From Leptolyngbyaceae cyanobacterium (GTDB lineage Bacteria > Cyanobacteriota > Cyanobacteriia > Phormidesmidales > Phormidesmidaceae), in NCBI GenBank assembly GCA_050331235.1, contig JBHJHA010000010.1, positions 1-64,000 of the forward strand: 64,000 nt of DNA, given 5' to 3'. Every line of letters begins with the position of its first letter. The first letter of the stretch is position 1. Positions 19,772-30,141 of the stretch are shown here, piece after piece. The translations under genes and the position numbers were made by a program. The notes under the pieces were generated by a model. The model had not been told where the DNA came from. It worked only from the letters and a program-made list of their open reading frames with translations, and made no database searches.

Positions 19772-19833
19772 TTGCCACGCAGCTTACATAACCAATAGGT
19801 GTAGGCCGCTTTTTGATCGCGACAAATGTGCTT

Positions 19834-19868
19834 GAGCCGCTTTCCTTTCTTCACTGGGAAGCGGCTTC
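19834..19868. terminator. Stem-loop between convergent psb35 and ureB
   Basis: GAGCCGCTT-TCC...GGG-AAGCGGCTT inverted repeat. Confidence 0.45.
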
Positions 19869-19965
19869 AGTCTTCTCAGCTCGAAGAATCGCCGCCAATC
19901 TAGCAGTGATTTTCCTTCGCAGGCATCGGTGAAAAGCTGCTGACTCGACTCCCGATAGTAGAAGG

Positions 19966-20271
19966 CTACAAAGGGCCATTGATAAGGCCGTTTAGACCGT
20001 AGACTTGGCGGCTGCCCACAAAGGGCACGAGGGAAACTTCTCGTTCGTCGCCAGGCTCAAACCGCACCGCTGTCCCTGCCGGAATATCTAGCCGCATGCC
20101 CCGAGCTAAATCTCGCTCGAACTGTAGTGCCGTGTTGACCTCAAGGAAATGAAAGTGAGAGCCCACTTGAATGGGTCGATCGCCGGAGTTGGCAACCGTT
20201 AGTATCAGGGTTTCGCGTCCGGCATTGAGTTCAATTTCTCCTTCAGCGGGCAAAAGTTCTCCAGGGATCAT
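19966..20271 (-). CDS. ureB: Urease subunit beta
   Basis: MIPGE...[13 protein letters not shown]...[17 protein letters not shown]. Start set to ATG 20271. Confidence 0.96.
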   Translation of the reverse strand: MIPGELLPAEGEIELNAGRETLILTVANSGDRPIQVGSHFHFLEVNTALQFERDLARGMRLDIPAGTAVRFEPGDEREVSLVPFVGSRQVYGLNGLINGPL

Positions 20272-20346
20272 TAATGGTCTCCAGTTTGGCAAATAACGAA
20301 TGGGTCGGGTGATCGCTCACGGTTTAGCAATTAGGCGTAATGAATT

Positions 20347-20649
20347 CTAGGAAATCGGATTATGTACCGTCACTAGCTTAGTGCCATCGGGAAATGTCGC
20401 TTCTACCTGTACCTCGTCGATCATGGCGGGAATGCCCTCCATCACATCATCTTGAGTCAGCAGTGTCGTGCCATAGTGCATCAAGTCAGCAACCGTGCGC
20501 CCTTCACGAGCCCCCTCTAAAATGGCTGCTGACAGATACGCTACCGCTTCTGGATAGTTAAGCTTGAGTCCTCGCTCTTTGCGACGTTCGGCGAGCAGTG
20601 CAGCCGTAAAAATCAGCAGTTTGTCCTTTTCCTGGGGTGAAAGTTGCAT
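20347..20649 (-). CDS. ureA: Urease subunit gamma
   Basis: [11 protein letters not shown]...LNYPEA...[17 protein letters not shown]. Confidence 0.97.
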   Translation of the reverse strand: MQLSPQEKDKLLIFTAALLAERRKERGLKLNYPEAVAYLSAAILEGAREGRTVADLMHYGTTLLTQDDVMEGIPAMIDEVQVEATFPDGTKLVTVHNPIS

Positions 20650-20922
20650 AGGTGCCGATGGGTTGTAACGAGTCTGACAATACGCTGAAAAGCCCGTAAA
20701 TACTGTGCCAGATTAACTGATTTTTACACTTGTTCAGACGATCTAATTCCCAATAAATCAACCTGTTGGGATACTTAAGGGAGAGCCGTAGTGTATGATA
20801 ATTCGTTAAAATTACGGAAAGCGGCTTTGTAAAGCAGTTCCATTTCCTCGGCGCGCCACTTTTTTAAAGTCACCTTACCGTGATTCGCTCATGTTTTCTC
20901 AGTTACGCCGACTGAGCCCCCT

Positions 20923-21528
20923 TTGCCCATTGTTGTAGACGAGATGCAGGACTTTAAACCTCAGTTATCCACTCGGGATGGTGAAACCAGGCGGTTATCA
21001 CCAGATTCCGAAGAAGTACAAAAAGAGCTTCAGCTTATGCAAGATACCCACTTGCTGCTGAGGAACATGGCTGAGCGAGAAAAGGCGACCCTTAAAACAA
21101 TCTTGGACGGTTTGTATGAAGTCGGGTCGGCGCGACTCATCAACAAAGAGGTGAGCATCAGCGCTTTGCGGGGACCGCTGAAAAAGATTGCTCACTTCAG
21201 TAAGCCGGTGTTTCGTCTCTTTGCTTGGCGCTGGGTAAAGCGGAACTGTCCAGAGTTAGTGACCAATTGGCTCTATACCCAAGCTCGCTTTGGTGAACGC
21301 TCTCTTCTGTTAGAAGCCGTTGAAGACAATATTCAGCCGATTGATGTGCTGCCCTCTCGAGAACCGCTGCCCCTAATGGGAGACACCGAAGCGGAGGAAC
21401 CAGAGACGCTTTCTCCCATTGTGGAAAAACAGGCTGAAGAAATTTTGCTACTCCGGACCCGGATTACGCGGCTTTCTATTGCGCTTTTGGTGCTGTCTGG
21501 TGTCGTCTGCCTCAAGATTTTTGTTTGA
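20923..21528 (+). CDS. Conserved cyanobacterial hypothetical protein with C-terminal coiled coil and TM tail
   Basis: 201-aa ORF with EVGSARLIN...SKPVFRLFAWRWVKRNCPELVTNWL core. Likely start ATG 20944. Confidence 0.7.
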   Translation: MPIVVDEMQDFKPQLSTRDGETRRLSPDSEEVQKELQLMQDTHLLLRNMAEREKATLKTILDGLYEVGSARLINKEVSISALRGPLKKIAHFSKPVFRLFAWRWVKRNCPELVTNWLYTQARFGERSLLLEAVEDNIQPIDVLPSREPLPLMGDTEAEEPETLSPIVEKQAEEILLLRTRITRLSIALLVLSGVVCLKIFV

Positions 21529-21674
21529 CCGTTGCTGGGCTCAACGAGTACTCGTTGCCATCTGAGAGGTTTTTTCCCAAGGGCGATCGCTTTGCATTGA
21601 GAGCGATAAGTGACTCACTGAGGTCAAAATTTCCTATTCTGTAAACAAACCATTGCACGGCAAGCGGGGTATTT

Positions 21675-22934
21675 GTGAAACAGATATCGAGCCCTTTTAA
21701 GCGAATTTGGCAGCGCTTTACCGTTAATGAATCGCAAATTGCGGAGCATTTACAGGCCGTGCGGCAGCAATTGCCTACTACAGAAGTGATCTTACTGGGC
21801 AAACCCCAAACGGGTAAGAGTTCTATTGTGAGAGGTATGACGGGGCAGTCCGTCGATATCGTAGGGCAAGGATTTCGGCCTCATACCCGCAGTACGCAAC
21901 AATATCCTTACCCATCGGCGGAGCTGCCACTGCTCATTTTTACCGACACTGTTGGGTTGGGAGATATCGAACGCAACTCCGCCGAGATCATCGACGACTT
22001 GACCCAAACCCTGAAGGCCGACGTGACGAGATCGCGCATTTTCATTCTCACGGTCAAAGTCAATGACTTTGCCAATGACAGTTTGGCTCAGGTGATTACC
22101 CGGCTCAAGCAAGATTTTCCCCAGATTCCTTGCTTACTGGTGCTGACCTGCCTACACGAGCTGTATCCCTCCCCAACGGATGAGCATCCAGACTACCCGC
22201 CACAGTTTGACGCCATCGCCCGAGCCACTGCAGCAACGGAAGAGAGCTTTGGTCATTTGAGCGATCGCACCCTGCTGCTCGACTTTACCCTAGAGGAAGA
22301 CGGCTATGATCCCGTGTTTTACGGACTGCCGGCCCTGCAATCGGCCTTGGATCAGTTGCTGCCTCAGGCTCAAGCCCAAGCCATTCACCAACTGTTAGAA
22401 ACTGACGAGCGGGGCAGGGCCATTGGCGACTTATATCGCCGCGCTGCTCGGCACTACATTAGTGCGTTTGCCGTTATGGTGGGGATTGCCGCCGCCGTGC
22501 CCCTCCCCTTTGCCACGATGCCGGTGTTAACAAGTCTCCAAATATCAATGGTGATCGTGCTTGGCCGAGTCTATCAGCAGCCACTGACCTTTGGCCAAGC
22601 GCTGAGCGTCATCGGCACCCTGGCGGGAGGCTTCTTTGCCCAGGCGATCGGTCGAGAGTTAGTTAAGTTTATTCCCGGCATTGGCAGCGTAATTTCCACC
22701 TCGTGGGCCGTGGCCTACACTTGGGCGCTAGGCGAGGGGACTTGCCTGTATTTTGGCGATCTGTTAGCCGGCAAGAAACCCAATCCTGAGGCGATTCAAA
22801 CACTGATGGGCTCAACCTACAAACAGGTTAAGCAAAACTGGCAGCACGCCCAAAGCAACCACTCGCCTTTAGCGGCTGAATCTGCCCCGAGTGCCGCCTC
22901 GAGGCAGATTCGCGATGATGTCCCTAATCGCTGA
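21675..22934 (+). CDS. Era/YeeP-like GTPase with C-terminal DUF697/YcjF-like membrane domain
   Basis: G1 GKPQTGKSS, G2 PHT, G3 DTVG; AAAVPLPFA...LQISMV...KFIPGIGS...TWALG. Confidence 0.85.
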   Translation: MKQISSPFKRIWQRFTVNESQIAEHLQAVRQQLPTTEVILLGKPQTGKSSIVRGMTGQSVDIVGQGFRPHTRSTQQYPYPSAELPLLIFTDTVGLGDIERNSAEIIDDLTQTLKADVTRSRIFILTVKVNDFANDSLAQVITRLKQDFPQIPCLLVLTCLHELYPSPTDEHPDYPPQFDAIARATAATEESFGHLSDRTLLLDFTLEEDGYDPVFYGLPALQSALDQLLPQAQAQAIHQLLETDERGRAIGDLYRRAARHYISAFAVMVGIAAAVPLPFATMPVLTSLQISMVIVLGRVYQQPLTFGQALSVIGTLAGGFFAQAIGRELVKFIPGIGSVISTSWAVAYTWALGEGTCLYFGDLLAGKKPNPEAIQTLMGSTYKQVKQNWQHAQSNHSPLAAESAPSAASRQIRDDVPNR

Positions 22935-24883
22935 TGGAGGAGTTTGCCATGCTGAAGTTGCAACAGTGGCAGTGGGGACTGTTGATTGCGCCCCCTGTGC
23001 TATTGGTCGGTGGGTTGGCCGTTTTAGCCGGGATGCAGTTGCAGACCTGGGGGGTGAGTTGGGTTTGGGGCCTAGTTGCCATTGCTGTTGTGGGGTGGCG
23101 ATGGCTGTTGAGCCGCTGGACCAAGCCCGATGCAACGGCCTTGCAAACTCAGTTATCAACGGTGCGATCGCAGCTACAGGAAACCTTAGGCGAAACGGCT
23201 GAAACCGTCCCCGCCACAGAGGTTGAAGCGGTCCTACAGCGAGCCTTAGAAACCACCCAAGCTGATGCACCCCTATGGGAAGATTGGCCAACCTTTGCCC
23301 AGCGTTGTCAAACCCTTGTTCAAGACGTGGCCCACCTCTACCATCCCGAGGAAAAATATCCGCTCTTGAATATTTACGTCCCCCAGGCCTACGGGTTGAT
23401 TCGCGGAACGGTAGATGACTTGGATCGCTATATGTCGGTTGCAGCGCCCGCGCTCAATCAAGTAACCGTGGCCCAGGTATATCAGACCTATGAGACCTAT
23501 CAGGCGGTAGCGACTCCAATGCGCCGGCTGATGGCGATCGTCGATTTGAGCCGCTGGCTTTGGAATCCCATTGCGGCTGTGGCTCGTGAGATTGGTCGGC
23601 CCCTTAGTCAGCAAGCCAATCAACAGCTGTTGTTGAACTTTAGCCAAACCCTGAGGGAGACTGCGCTGACCCTGTTGTGCAAGCAGGCGATCGCCCTGTA
23701 TAGCGGTGATACGGCTCTGCAGGTGTCGCCTACCCTTCCCGCAACGGAGCAAAGTCAAACGTTGCGATCGCTCATGGAATCGGCAGAGTCAGATACCGAT
23801 ATCGCTACAGAACCCCTGAATCTGTTGCTTGTGGGTCGCACCGGCGCGGGCAAAAGCAGCTTGATCAACACCCTCTTTCAGCAAGATCGCGCTGCGGTGG
23901 ATGTGTTGCCCAGCACCGACCAAATTACCCAATACCGGTGGGAAACCGCCGCTGACGAGGTGCTTAACCTATGGGATTCTCCTGGTTACGAGCAAGTTGA
24001 TCGCCCTGACCTGCGTCAGCAGGTACTTGAGCAAGCGATTCAGGCAGACTTGATTTTACTCGTCAGCCCCGCATTAGATCCGGCCTTAGAGGTTGACGTC
24101 GCCTTCCTCCAAGCACTGGCTGAGACGGGCCAGCCGATCCCCAGCATTTTGGTGTTGACCCAGGTTGATCGGCTGCGACCCATTCGTGAGTGGGATCCGC
24201 CCTATGACTGGCAGCAGGGCGATCGCCCTAAAGAGCAAAACATCCGCGCGGCGGTGGCCTACCGCCAAAGTCAGCTTGATGCCTGGGTACAGGCCGTGTG
24301 GCCCCTGGTGACTCAGTCCCAGGCTGACGAGCGAACTTCCTGGGGCAGCAATGCCTTAGCACAGGAGTTGTTAGCGGCGATCGCTCCGGCCAAGTCACAG
24401 CGCCTCGCCCAATTTCTCCGCAGTCGTGAAGCCCGCATCACCGCTGCCATTCGCTTAGTCAATCGCTACGCCGTACAAATGGCAAGCGGTCAGGGCGTCA
24501 TCGCCTTGGTTAAAACTCCGCTATTTGCGTTTCTCTCGGCCCGCTTTGCTGGCACGCCGGAGCTCGGGACTCTGCTGGCCCAGTCCCTCCCCGCCGAACA
24601 AGTGCCCGTTGTCGCCAGCAAGATCATGCTTACTTATGAACTGGCGGGACTGCTCCATGAGCGCGATTCCCTGTTTCGCCCTGGGGAGATCCTTCAACTC
24701 TGGCCGATTTTACTTCAGGGCGGCGACCATCCTCCCGCCCAAACTGCCTGGGCCTGGGGGCAAGCTCTGGTGGAATACTGGACTAAACACCTCAGCCTGG
24801 AAGGGCTAAAAACCCGCTACGCAGACTACCTTAATCAGCCCCAGGTCCTGCCGCTAGAAATCAGCGGCTCTCCCGATGACTGA
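22934..24883 (+). CDS. Membrane-anchored Era/YeeP-like GTPase
   Basis: Two N-terminal TM helices; G1 GRTGAGKSS, G3 DSPG, G4 TQVD. Start overlaps the upstream stop (TGATG). Confidence 0.85.
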   Translation: MEEFAMLKLQQWQWGLLIAPPVLLVGGLAVLAGMQLQTWGVSWVWGLVAIAVVGWRWLLSRWTKPDATALQTQLSTVRSQLQETLGETAETVPATEVEAVLQRALETTQADAPLWEDWPTFAQRCQTLVQDVAHLYHPEEKYPLLNIYVPQAYGLIRGTVDDLDRYMSVAAPALNQVTVAQVYQTYETYQAVATPMRRLMAIVDLSRWLWNPIAAVAREIGRPLSQQANQQLLLNFSQTLRETALTLLCKQAIALYSGDTALQVSPTLPATEQSQTLRSLMESAESDTDIATEPLNLLLVGRTGAGKSSLINTLFQQDRAAVDVLPSTDQITQYRWETAADEVLNLWDSPGYEQVDRPDLRQQVLEQAIQADLILLVSPALDPALEVDVAFLQALAETGQPIPSILVLTQVDRLRPIREWDPPYDWQQGDRPKEQNIRAAVAYRQSQLDAWVQAVWPLVTQSQADERTSWGSNALAQELLAAIAPAKSQRLAQFLRSREARITAAIRLVNRYAVQMASGQGVIALVKTPLFAFLSARFAGTPELGTLLAQSLPAEQVPVVASKIMLTYELAGLLHERDSLFRPGEILQLWPILLQGGDHPPAQTAWAWGQALVEYWTKHLSLEGLKTRYADYLNQPQVLPLEISGSPDD

Positions 24884-24892
24884 GTTTCAAAG

Positions 24893-25636
24893 ATGGTGAC
24901 CCTTGAAAACCAGATTATGAATTGCAAGTTGTATTACTGGCCAGTGCCGTTTCGAGGCAACTTCATCCGTGTGTTGTTGGCAGAGGCCGGCGAAAAATAT
25001 GACGAAGCCACGGATGAGGAAATCGTGGATTTGATGTCGCTACCGCTCCAGGAACAACCTCTGCCATCTATGGCGCCTCCTTTTTTTTACGATGGGGATA
25101 GCAATATTTTTCTCAGTCAAATGCCGGCGATTGTGATGTATCTGGCCGACAAGCTCAACTTGCTACCCGATGACCCGTGGCGATCGCACCTTTGCCTCAA
25201 ATTACTATTAGACAGCAACGACGTGCTGATTGACATCACTAATTGGAACGGTACGGCCATGTGGGATCGTGCCTCTTGGCGGCAGTTTCGCACAGAGCGC
25301 TTAAAACGATGGCTGGAGCTATTTGAGCAGCTGGGCCAGCAGTTTGGGCTAGGGTCCACGAGCGTCTATCTGCTCGGCGGGACGCAAATCACGGTGGCTG
25401 ACTTGGCTACCTACGCCCTGTGGGGTACGATGACTCGCTGTTTGCCCCAGCTTAGGGCAGATTGCCAGCAACAGGCTCCCCATATATATGAGTTGTGCCA
25501 GCAAATCGAACAGCGCCCAAAAGTTCAGCAGTTTGTCAAAGCCCAGTTAGCGAAGTCCGACGATTTGTACTGTGGTGGCCAAATCGAAAGGTCCATTCGG
25601 CACATGCTTGAGCAAGACGCCACTAATGCTTCTTGA
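24893..25636 (+). CDS. Glutathione S-transferase family protein
   Basis: LYYWPVPFRG, SQMPAIVMYL, ITVADL. Confidence 0.88.
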   Translation: MVTLENQIMNCKLYYWPVPFRGNFIRVLLAEAGEKYDEATDEEIVDLMSLPLQEQPLPSMAPPFFYDGDSNIFLSQMPAIVMYLADKLNLLPDDPWRSHLCLKLLLDSNDVLIDITNWNGTAMWDRASWRQFRTERLKRWLELFEQLGQQFGLGSTSVYLLGGTQITVADLATYALWGTMTRCLPQLRADCQQQAPHIYELCQQIEQRPKVQQFVKAQLAKSDDLYCGGQIERSIRHMLEQDATNAS

Positions 25637-25953
25637 CCCCTAGGGATTGGCCCGGCAAGCCGAGCAGATCAAGCCACATAGAGCACCGCTTCAGCTTTAC
25701 GTCGCTGCGATAAACCTGATTTGTTTGATTCCCAGCTGCTGGCTGCCCTGGCTGTCGTGCTTGTGCCCAAAATGCAGCCGCTAGGCCCAATAGAGCAGTG
25801 GTGATCGGTAAATACTCAAATCGTTGACATAGTCGATCTAATCAAGCTGGCCCTTTCTTATTTACTCGCAACAACTCCTGCCGAACTTCGTAGTCGTCAA
25901 TCTGGAGCCACCCTATTTCGGATGTGATATCGCAGATTACTCCGATTCATCTT

Positions 25954-26694
25954 TCAATTGTGCACTGCCTCAATAAGCTGAGACAGATCCGTTTTTCCCG
26001 CTTCCAGCCAACCTAGAGTTTGCAGCCTCTCTAGCTCGTTAGGAGATGGAGTCGAGGTCTGTCGCAGGCGGCGCCCGCTTTGCCACAACAGCGGTAAAGC
26101 GCTGAGGGCGATCGCCACTGCGACAACCGTACCGATGAGAGTATCAGCCCACACCCAATGGCAAAACGTGACCGCGATCGCCGCTAAAATTGCCCCTACC
26201 GAACCGAGCAGGTCGGCCAATACATGTAAAAAGACACCTCGAATATTGAGGTCTTGGCGCAAGTCACCATGCAGCCAATATAAATTCATCCCGTTAATGA
26301 GCAGCCCTAAGCAAGAGGTCACCAGCATCGGCCAACTCAGAATTTCAGTGGGGGTCCCTTGCCAATGGGTCCACGCTTCGCGCCCAATCCACATCGCCAT
26401 CGCCAATAGTGCAAATCCATTGACTAAGGCCGCTAACAGCTCGACCCGGTGATTACCCCAGAGCACCGATCGCGATCGCTGGGCAAAGGAAGCCGCTGCT
26501 AGAGCAATGGCGATCGCGAATCCATCCGTCAGCATATGACCCGAGTCAGCCCGCAGGGTTAGGCTATGGCTCAGCCCACCTACCCAGAGCTCGACGCCGG
26601 CAAACAATATCACGCTGGCCATAACCACCAAGAGCCATCGCTGTTTGAGTTGGGGCTGGCAGCAACTAGATGGATGAATCGCTGAATGCTTCAC
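25954..26694 (-). CDS. Cation diffusion facilitator (CzcD/ZitB-like) lacking the usual C-terminal domain
   Basis: SLTLRADSGHMLTD (TM2 HxxxD), RVELLAALVNG, FLHVLADLLGSVG (TM5 HxxxD). Confidence 0.88.
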   Translation of the reverse strand: MKHSAIHPSSCCQPQLKQRWLLVVMASVILFAGVELWVGGLSHSLTLRADSGHMLTDGFAIAIALAAASFAQRSRSVLWGNHRVELLAALVNGFALLAMAMWIGREAWTHWQGTPTEILSWPMLVTSCLGLLINGMNLYWLHGDLRQDLNIRGVFLHVLADLLGSVGAILAAIAVTFCHWVWADTLIGTVVAVAIALSALPLLWQSGRRLRQTSTPSPNELERLQTLGWLEAGKTDLSQLIEAVHN

Positions 26695-27030
26695 AGAATG
26701 AACTGACCGATAACAGTAAATTAGCCTAAGAATACCCTAGAGAACTCTGTCGCTAAGGTCGAAATTTTGGCCACTTCGCAAATGCAAGCCTTGAATCCGT
26801 TGACTCGTTACAAACATTCCCCGCGGGCTGGCTCAATGACCCTTCTCTCCTGACTCGACTTAGTAAGCCAGCCACGGGTTCCCGCTTGAGCAGGCCGAGA
26901 CGCCAGTCTAAGCCGAACTTTGACGAGGCTCATGGTTCGCTGCGATCGCTTTGGCTTAAAAGATTTCATTAAACATGGCTTAAGCGGAATGTTAAACTGG
27001 CATCTGCGCTTTAAAGGACTGCAGGTCTCA

Positions 27031-28278
27031 ATGCCTCAGCGAGTCTTATTTATTAGTAACGGTCACGGGGAAGACAATCACTCTGCTTACGTCATCCGAA
27101 CATTGCGAGAGTTAGCCCCGGAAATCGACATTGCGGCCATTCCTATCGTGGGCGAAGGGAATGCTTATCGCCGCTTAGGGGTGCCGATCTTAGGCCCGAC
27201 TCAGGTGCTCCCCTCGGGCGGGTTTACCTACGTCAATCGGTGGCTGCTACTGAAGGATATTCGGGCCGGTTTGCTCAATCTCAGCTGGCGTCAGATTCGA
27301 GCTATTCGACGCCACGGCCCCCAGTTTGATTTGGTTCATGCCACTGGGGATTCGGTTGGTCAAACCTGTGCCTACCTGACCGGGCGTCCTTTTATCTCCT
27401 TTATTTCCTGTTTGTCGGCTTTGTATGAGGGCCATTTACAAACGGATTTTGTAATGCGCTTTGTGGTGCGATCGCCGCGCTGCCGCGCCGTGATTACCCG
27501 CGACCCCTACACCGCGGCTGATCTCAAAAAACAGGGTTTCAGCAAGGTGCATTATGGGGGCATTCCCTCCCTCGACTGGCTCATTCCCCAGGGCAAAGAC
27601 CTGCAGCTCAACCCAGAGCTCCCCATGGTGGCACTGTTGCCGGGCTCACGTATGCCTGAGGCCGTCCGCAACTTCAAGTTGCAGATGCAGTTCGTGGTAG
27701 AAGCCGTGCGGTTAATGGGCGCAACGGTGCAGTTTCGGGCCGCGTTGGTGCCGGCGCTGATGAGAGAGCTTAGCACCATGGCCGCGGACTTAGGCTGGCA
27801 GTGTGATGACGGCAAGCTGACCTATGAGCTAGAGAACGGCACAACGGCAGCAATTCTTTGCTATGACGATGCTTTCAACGACATTGTTTGCCACACCACA
27901 TTGGTGATCGGCATGGCCGGTCTGGCGGTCGATCAGGCGGTAGCTTTGGGCAAGCCGGTAATTCAGATTCCCGGGGAAGGGCCGCAGTTCAACTATGCCT
28001 TTGCCGAGGCTCAAGACCGCCTACTGGGAATTTCGGCCCAAACGATTGGCTCTGGCCCCGCCAGCCCAGAAACGCTCGTCAACGCTGCCCGCTGCCTGCA
28101 AAAAACCCTGCCTGATACCGACTATCTGGAGGCCTGTGTGGATAATGGCCGCGATCGCTTGGGCATTCCAGGCGCTTCTAAGCGCATCGCACACCTGATT
28201 CTAGACAATTTGCGATCGGGCAGCGCTACGGTATCGGCTGACCTTCGCGCCCAACCAAGAGGAACGATTACTCCGTGA
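27031..28278 (+). CDS. Lipid-A-disaccharide-synthase (LpxB)-related GT-B protein
   Basis: LFISNGHGED, PIVGEG, LLPGSRMPEA, GMAG, ALGKPVIQIPGEGPQF, GASKRIA. Confidence 0.85.
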   Translation: MPQRVLFISNGHGEDNHSAYVIRTLRELAPEIDIAAIPIVGEGNAYRRLGVPILGPTQVLPSGGFTYVNRWLLLKDIRAGLLNLSWRQIRAIRRHGPQFDLVHATGDSVGQTCAYLTGRPFISFISCLSALYEGHLQTDFVMRFVVRSPRCRAVITRDPYTAADLKKQGFSKVHYGGIPSLDWLIPQGKDLQLNPELPMVALLPGSRMPEAVRNFKLQMQFVVEAVRLMGATVQFRAALVPALMRELSTMAADLGWQCDDGKLTYELENGTTAAILCYDDAFNDIVCHTTLVIGMAGLAVDQAVALGKPVIQIPGEGPQFNYAFAEAQDRLLGISAQTIGSGPASPETLVNAARCLQKTLPDTDYLEACVDNGRDRLGIPGASKRIAHLILDNLRSGSATVSADLRAQPRGTITP

Positions 28279-30017
28279 CCGCTATCCCCCCTCATCAGCG
28301 CCATAGCTATCGACTGCTGATACCGTTTATCCGTCCTCACTTAGGGCGCTTTATTGTTGGCTTTGTCTGCATCTTGGGCTACGTACTATCCACCCTAGTG
28401 CTGCCATACTTGGCTGGGCAAGTAGCCCTGTACATCGGCCAGGGTGATATCCAGCGCATTGGTTACTGGTTAGGGTTGGGAGCACTTATCTTCCTGGTGC
28501 GCAGCATTTTTCAATATTGGGAAAACATCATCATGATCCGCGCCTCTCTAGACGTGGCGCTGGATCTCAGACAAGCAGTGTATGCGCATCTGCATCGTCT
28601 AGGACTGGACTACTATGAGCGCAACAAGACGGGCGACCTGAGCTACCGCCTCACTGAGGATATTGATCGCATCAGTGAGGTCATCCACAAAATGTCGCAG
28701 CAGTTCATTTCTTGCTTGCTGCAGCTCATTGCCATTCCCATTTACATGCTGTATCTCAACTGGCAGTTGACCCTGGCCGGACTGGTGATTGCTCCGTTGA
28801 TGGCCTGGTTGATTGGTGAGTTTGGCAACCGGCTGCTCAAACTCTCGCGTCAGAGCCAAAGCCAAATATCAAGCCTATCGGCTTTGTTGACTGAGGTATT
28901 TGGCAGCATGCGTTTGGTGCAGGCTTTTGCCGCCCAAGATTTTGAAAGGCAACGCTTCAACCAGGAAGCCTTGCACAATCGCAATGTGCGCTATCGGGCC
29001 GAACAATTGAAAGCGCTGCAATACCCTGTCGTGGGTTTTCTGGAAGCGATTGGGATTATGTTTTTGTTCTTTTTGGGAGGCTGGCAGATTGCTCAGGGAA
29101 ACCTCACCCCTCAGGCGTTTGTTAGCTTTTTGGCCGCGATCGCGCTCCTGCTCCATCCGATTGATTTGGTCACCCAGCATTACAACGAGTTTAAGCAAAC
29201 CGAAGCCTCGGTAGAACGGGTCTTTGAGCTGATGGCTATATCACCGACCTTAGTGGAAAAAGCCGGGGCTCAGCCACTGCCGCCAGTAACTGGCAAAGTC
29301 GAATACAGTGACATTTCCTTTGCCTACGATCTCGATAAGCCAGTTTTACAGCATTTTGACTTGCGCGTGCATCCGGGAGAAGTGGTGGCCTTAGTGGGTT
29401 CGTCTGGGGCAGGAAAAACGACGCTGATCAACTTGCTGATGCGGTTCTTTGACCCGGTGGATGGTCAGGTCCTCATCGATGGCATCGATATTCGCGATGT
29501 GACTATCGATAGCCTGCGGCGGCAGATCGGCATCGTGCCCCAAGAAATCACGTTATTTTCGGGCAACATCGCTCAAAACATTGCCTATGGAGAGATATCG
29601 TCCGATTTTGAGCGCATTCAAGCCTCAGCAAAGCTGGCTAATGCTCACAATTTCATTAGCCAGTTTTCCCAGGGCTACCACACCTGGGTAGGCGAACGGG
29701 GAGTGAATCTATCAGGGGGGCAGCGACAGCGCATTGCGATCGCCCGCGCTCTTTATTTCGACCCGCGCATTTTGATTTTAGATGAGGCCACCTCTGCCCT
29801 GGACTCTGAATCTGAGGCATTAGTGCAAGAGGCGCTCGACCGAGCCATGAAAAATCGCACCGTATTTGTCATTGCCCATCGACTCAGCACCGTGCGCGAA
29901 GCTGATCGCATCATCTTTTTAGAAAAAGGCACTGTTCTAGAGTCTGGCACCCATGACGAGCTGCTGAGCTATGGCCAGCGATATGCCCAGTTCTATACCC
30001 AACAGTTCAAGCCTTAG
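28275..30017 (+). CDS. MsbA-like ABC exporter (fused TMD + NBD)
   Basis: GSSGAGKTT, LSGGQRQR, ILILDEATSALD, IAHRLST; GTGA overlap with the upstream gene. Confidence 0.93.
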   Translation: MTAIPPHQRHSYRLLIPFIRPHLGRFIVGFVCILGYVLSTLVLPYLAGQVALYIGQGDIQRIGYWLGLGALIFLVRSIFQYWENIIMIRASLDVALDLRQAVYAHLHRLGLDYYERNKTGDLSYRLTEDIDRISEVIHKMSQQFISCLLQLIAIPIYMLYLNWQLTLAGLVIAPLMAWLIGEFGNRLLKLSRQSQSQISSLSALLTEVFGSMRLVQAFAAQDFERQRFNQEALHNRNVRYRAEQLKALQYPVVGFLEAIGIMFLFFLGGWQIAQGNLTPQAFVSFLAAIALLLHPIDLVTQHYNEFKQTEASVERVFELMAISPTLVEKAGAQPLPPVTGKVEYSDISFAYDLDKPVLQHFDLRVHPGEVVALVGSSGAGKTTLINLLMRFFDPVDGQVLIDGIDIRDVTIDSLRRQIGIVPQEITLFSGNIAQNIAYGEISSDFERIQASAKLANAHNFISQFSQGYHTWVGERGVNLSGGQRQRIAIARALYFDPRILILDEATSALDSESEALVQEALDRAMKNRTVFVIAHRLSTVREADRIIFLEKGTVLESGTHDELLSYGQRYAQFYTQQFKP

Positions 30018-30049
30018 CGGCACTCCCCTATGGGCTAGGTGAACCAGTG

Positions 30050-30083
30050 AAAATGGGCATTCACAAATTCTGTGAATGCCCAT
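30050..30083 (-). terminator. Rho-independent terminator between convergent ABC gene and ndk
   Basis: 13-bp perfect stem ATGGGCATTCACA/TGTGAATGCCCAT preceded by an A-run. Confidence 0.7.
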
Positions 30084-30141
30084 CCGAGCTTGACTAAGCT
30101 CTGCGTCTTCGAGTTAGCTTTGAGTTGGCAGCGACGTCATC

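Noticed and set aside
19966..20649. Defective urease locus (no ureC or accessory genes)
   Set aside because: Urease genes are commonly dispersed in cyanobacteria; absence from this window says nothing.
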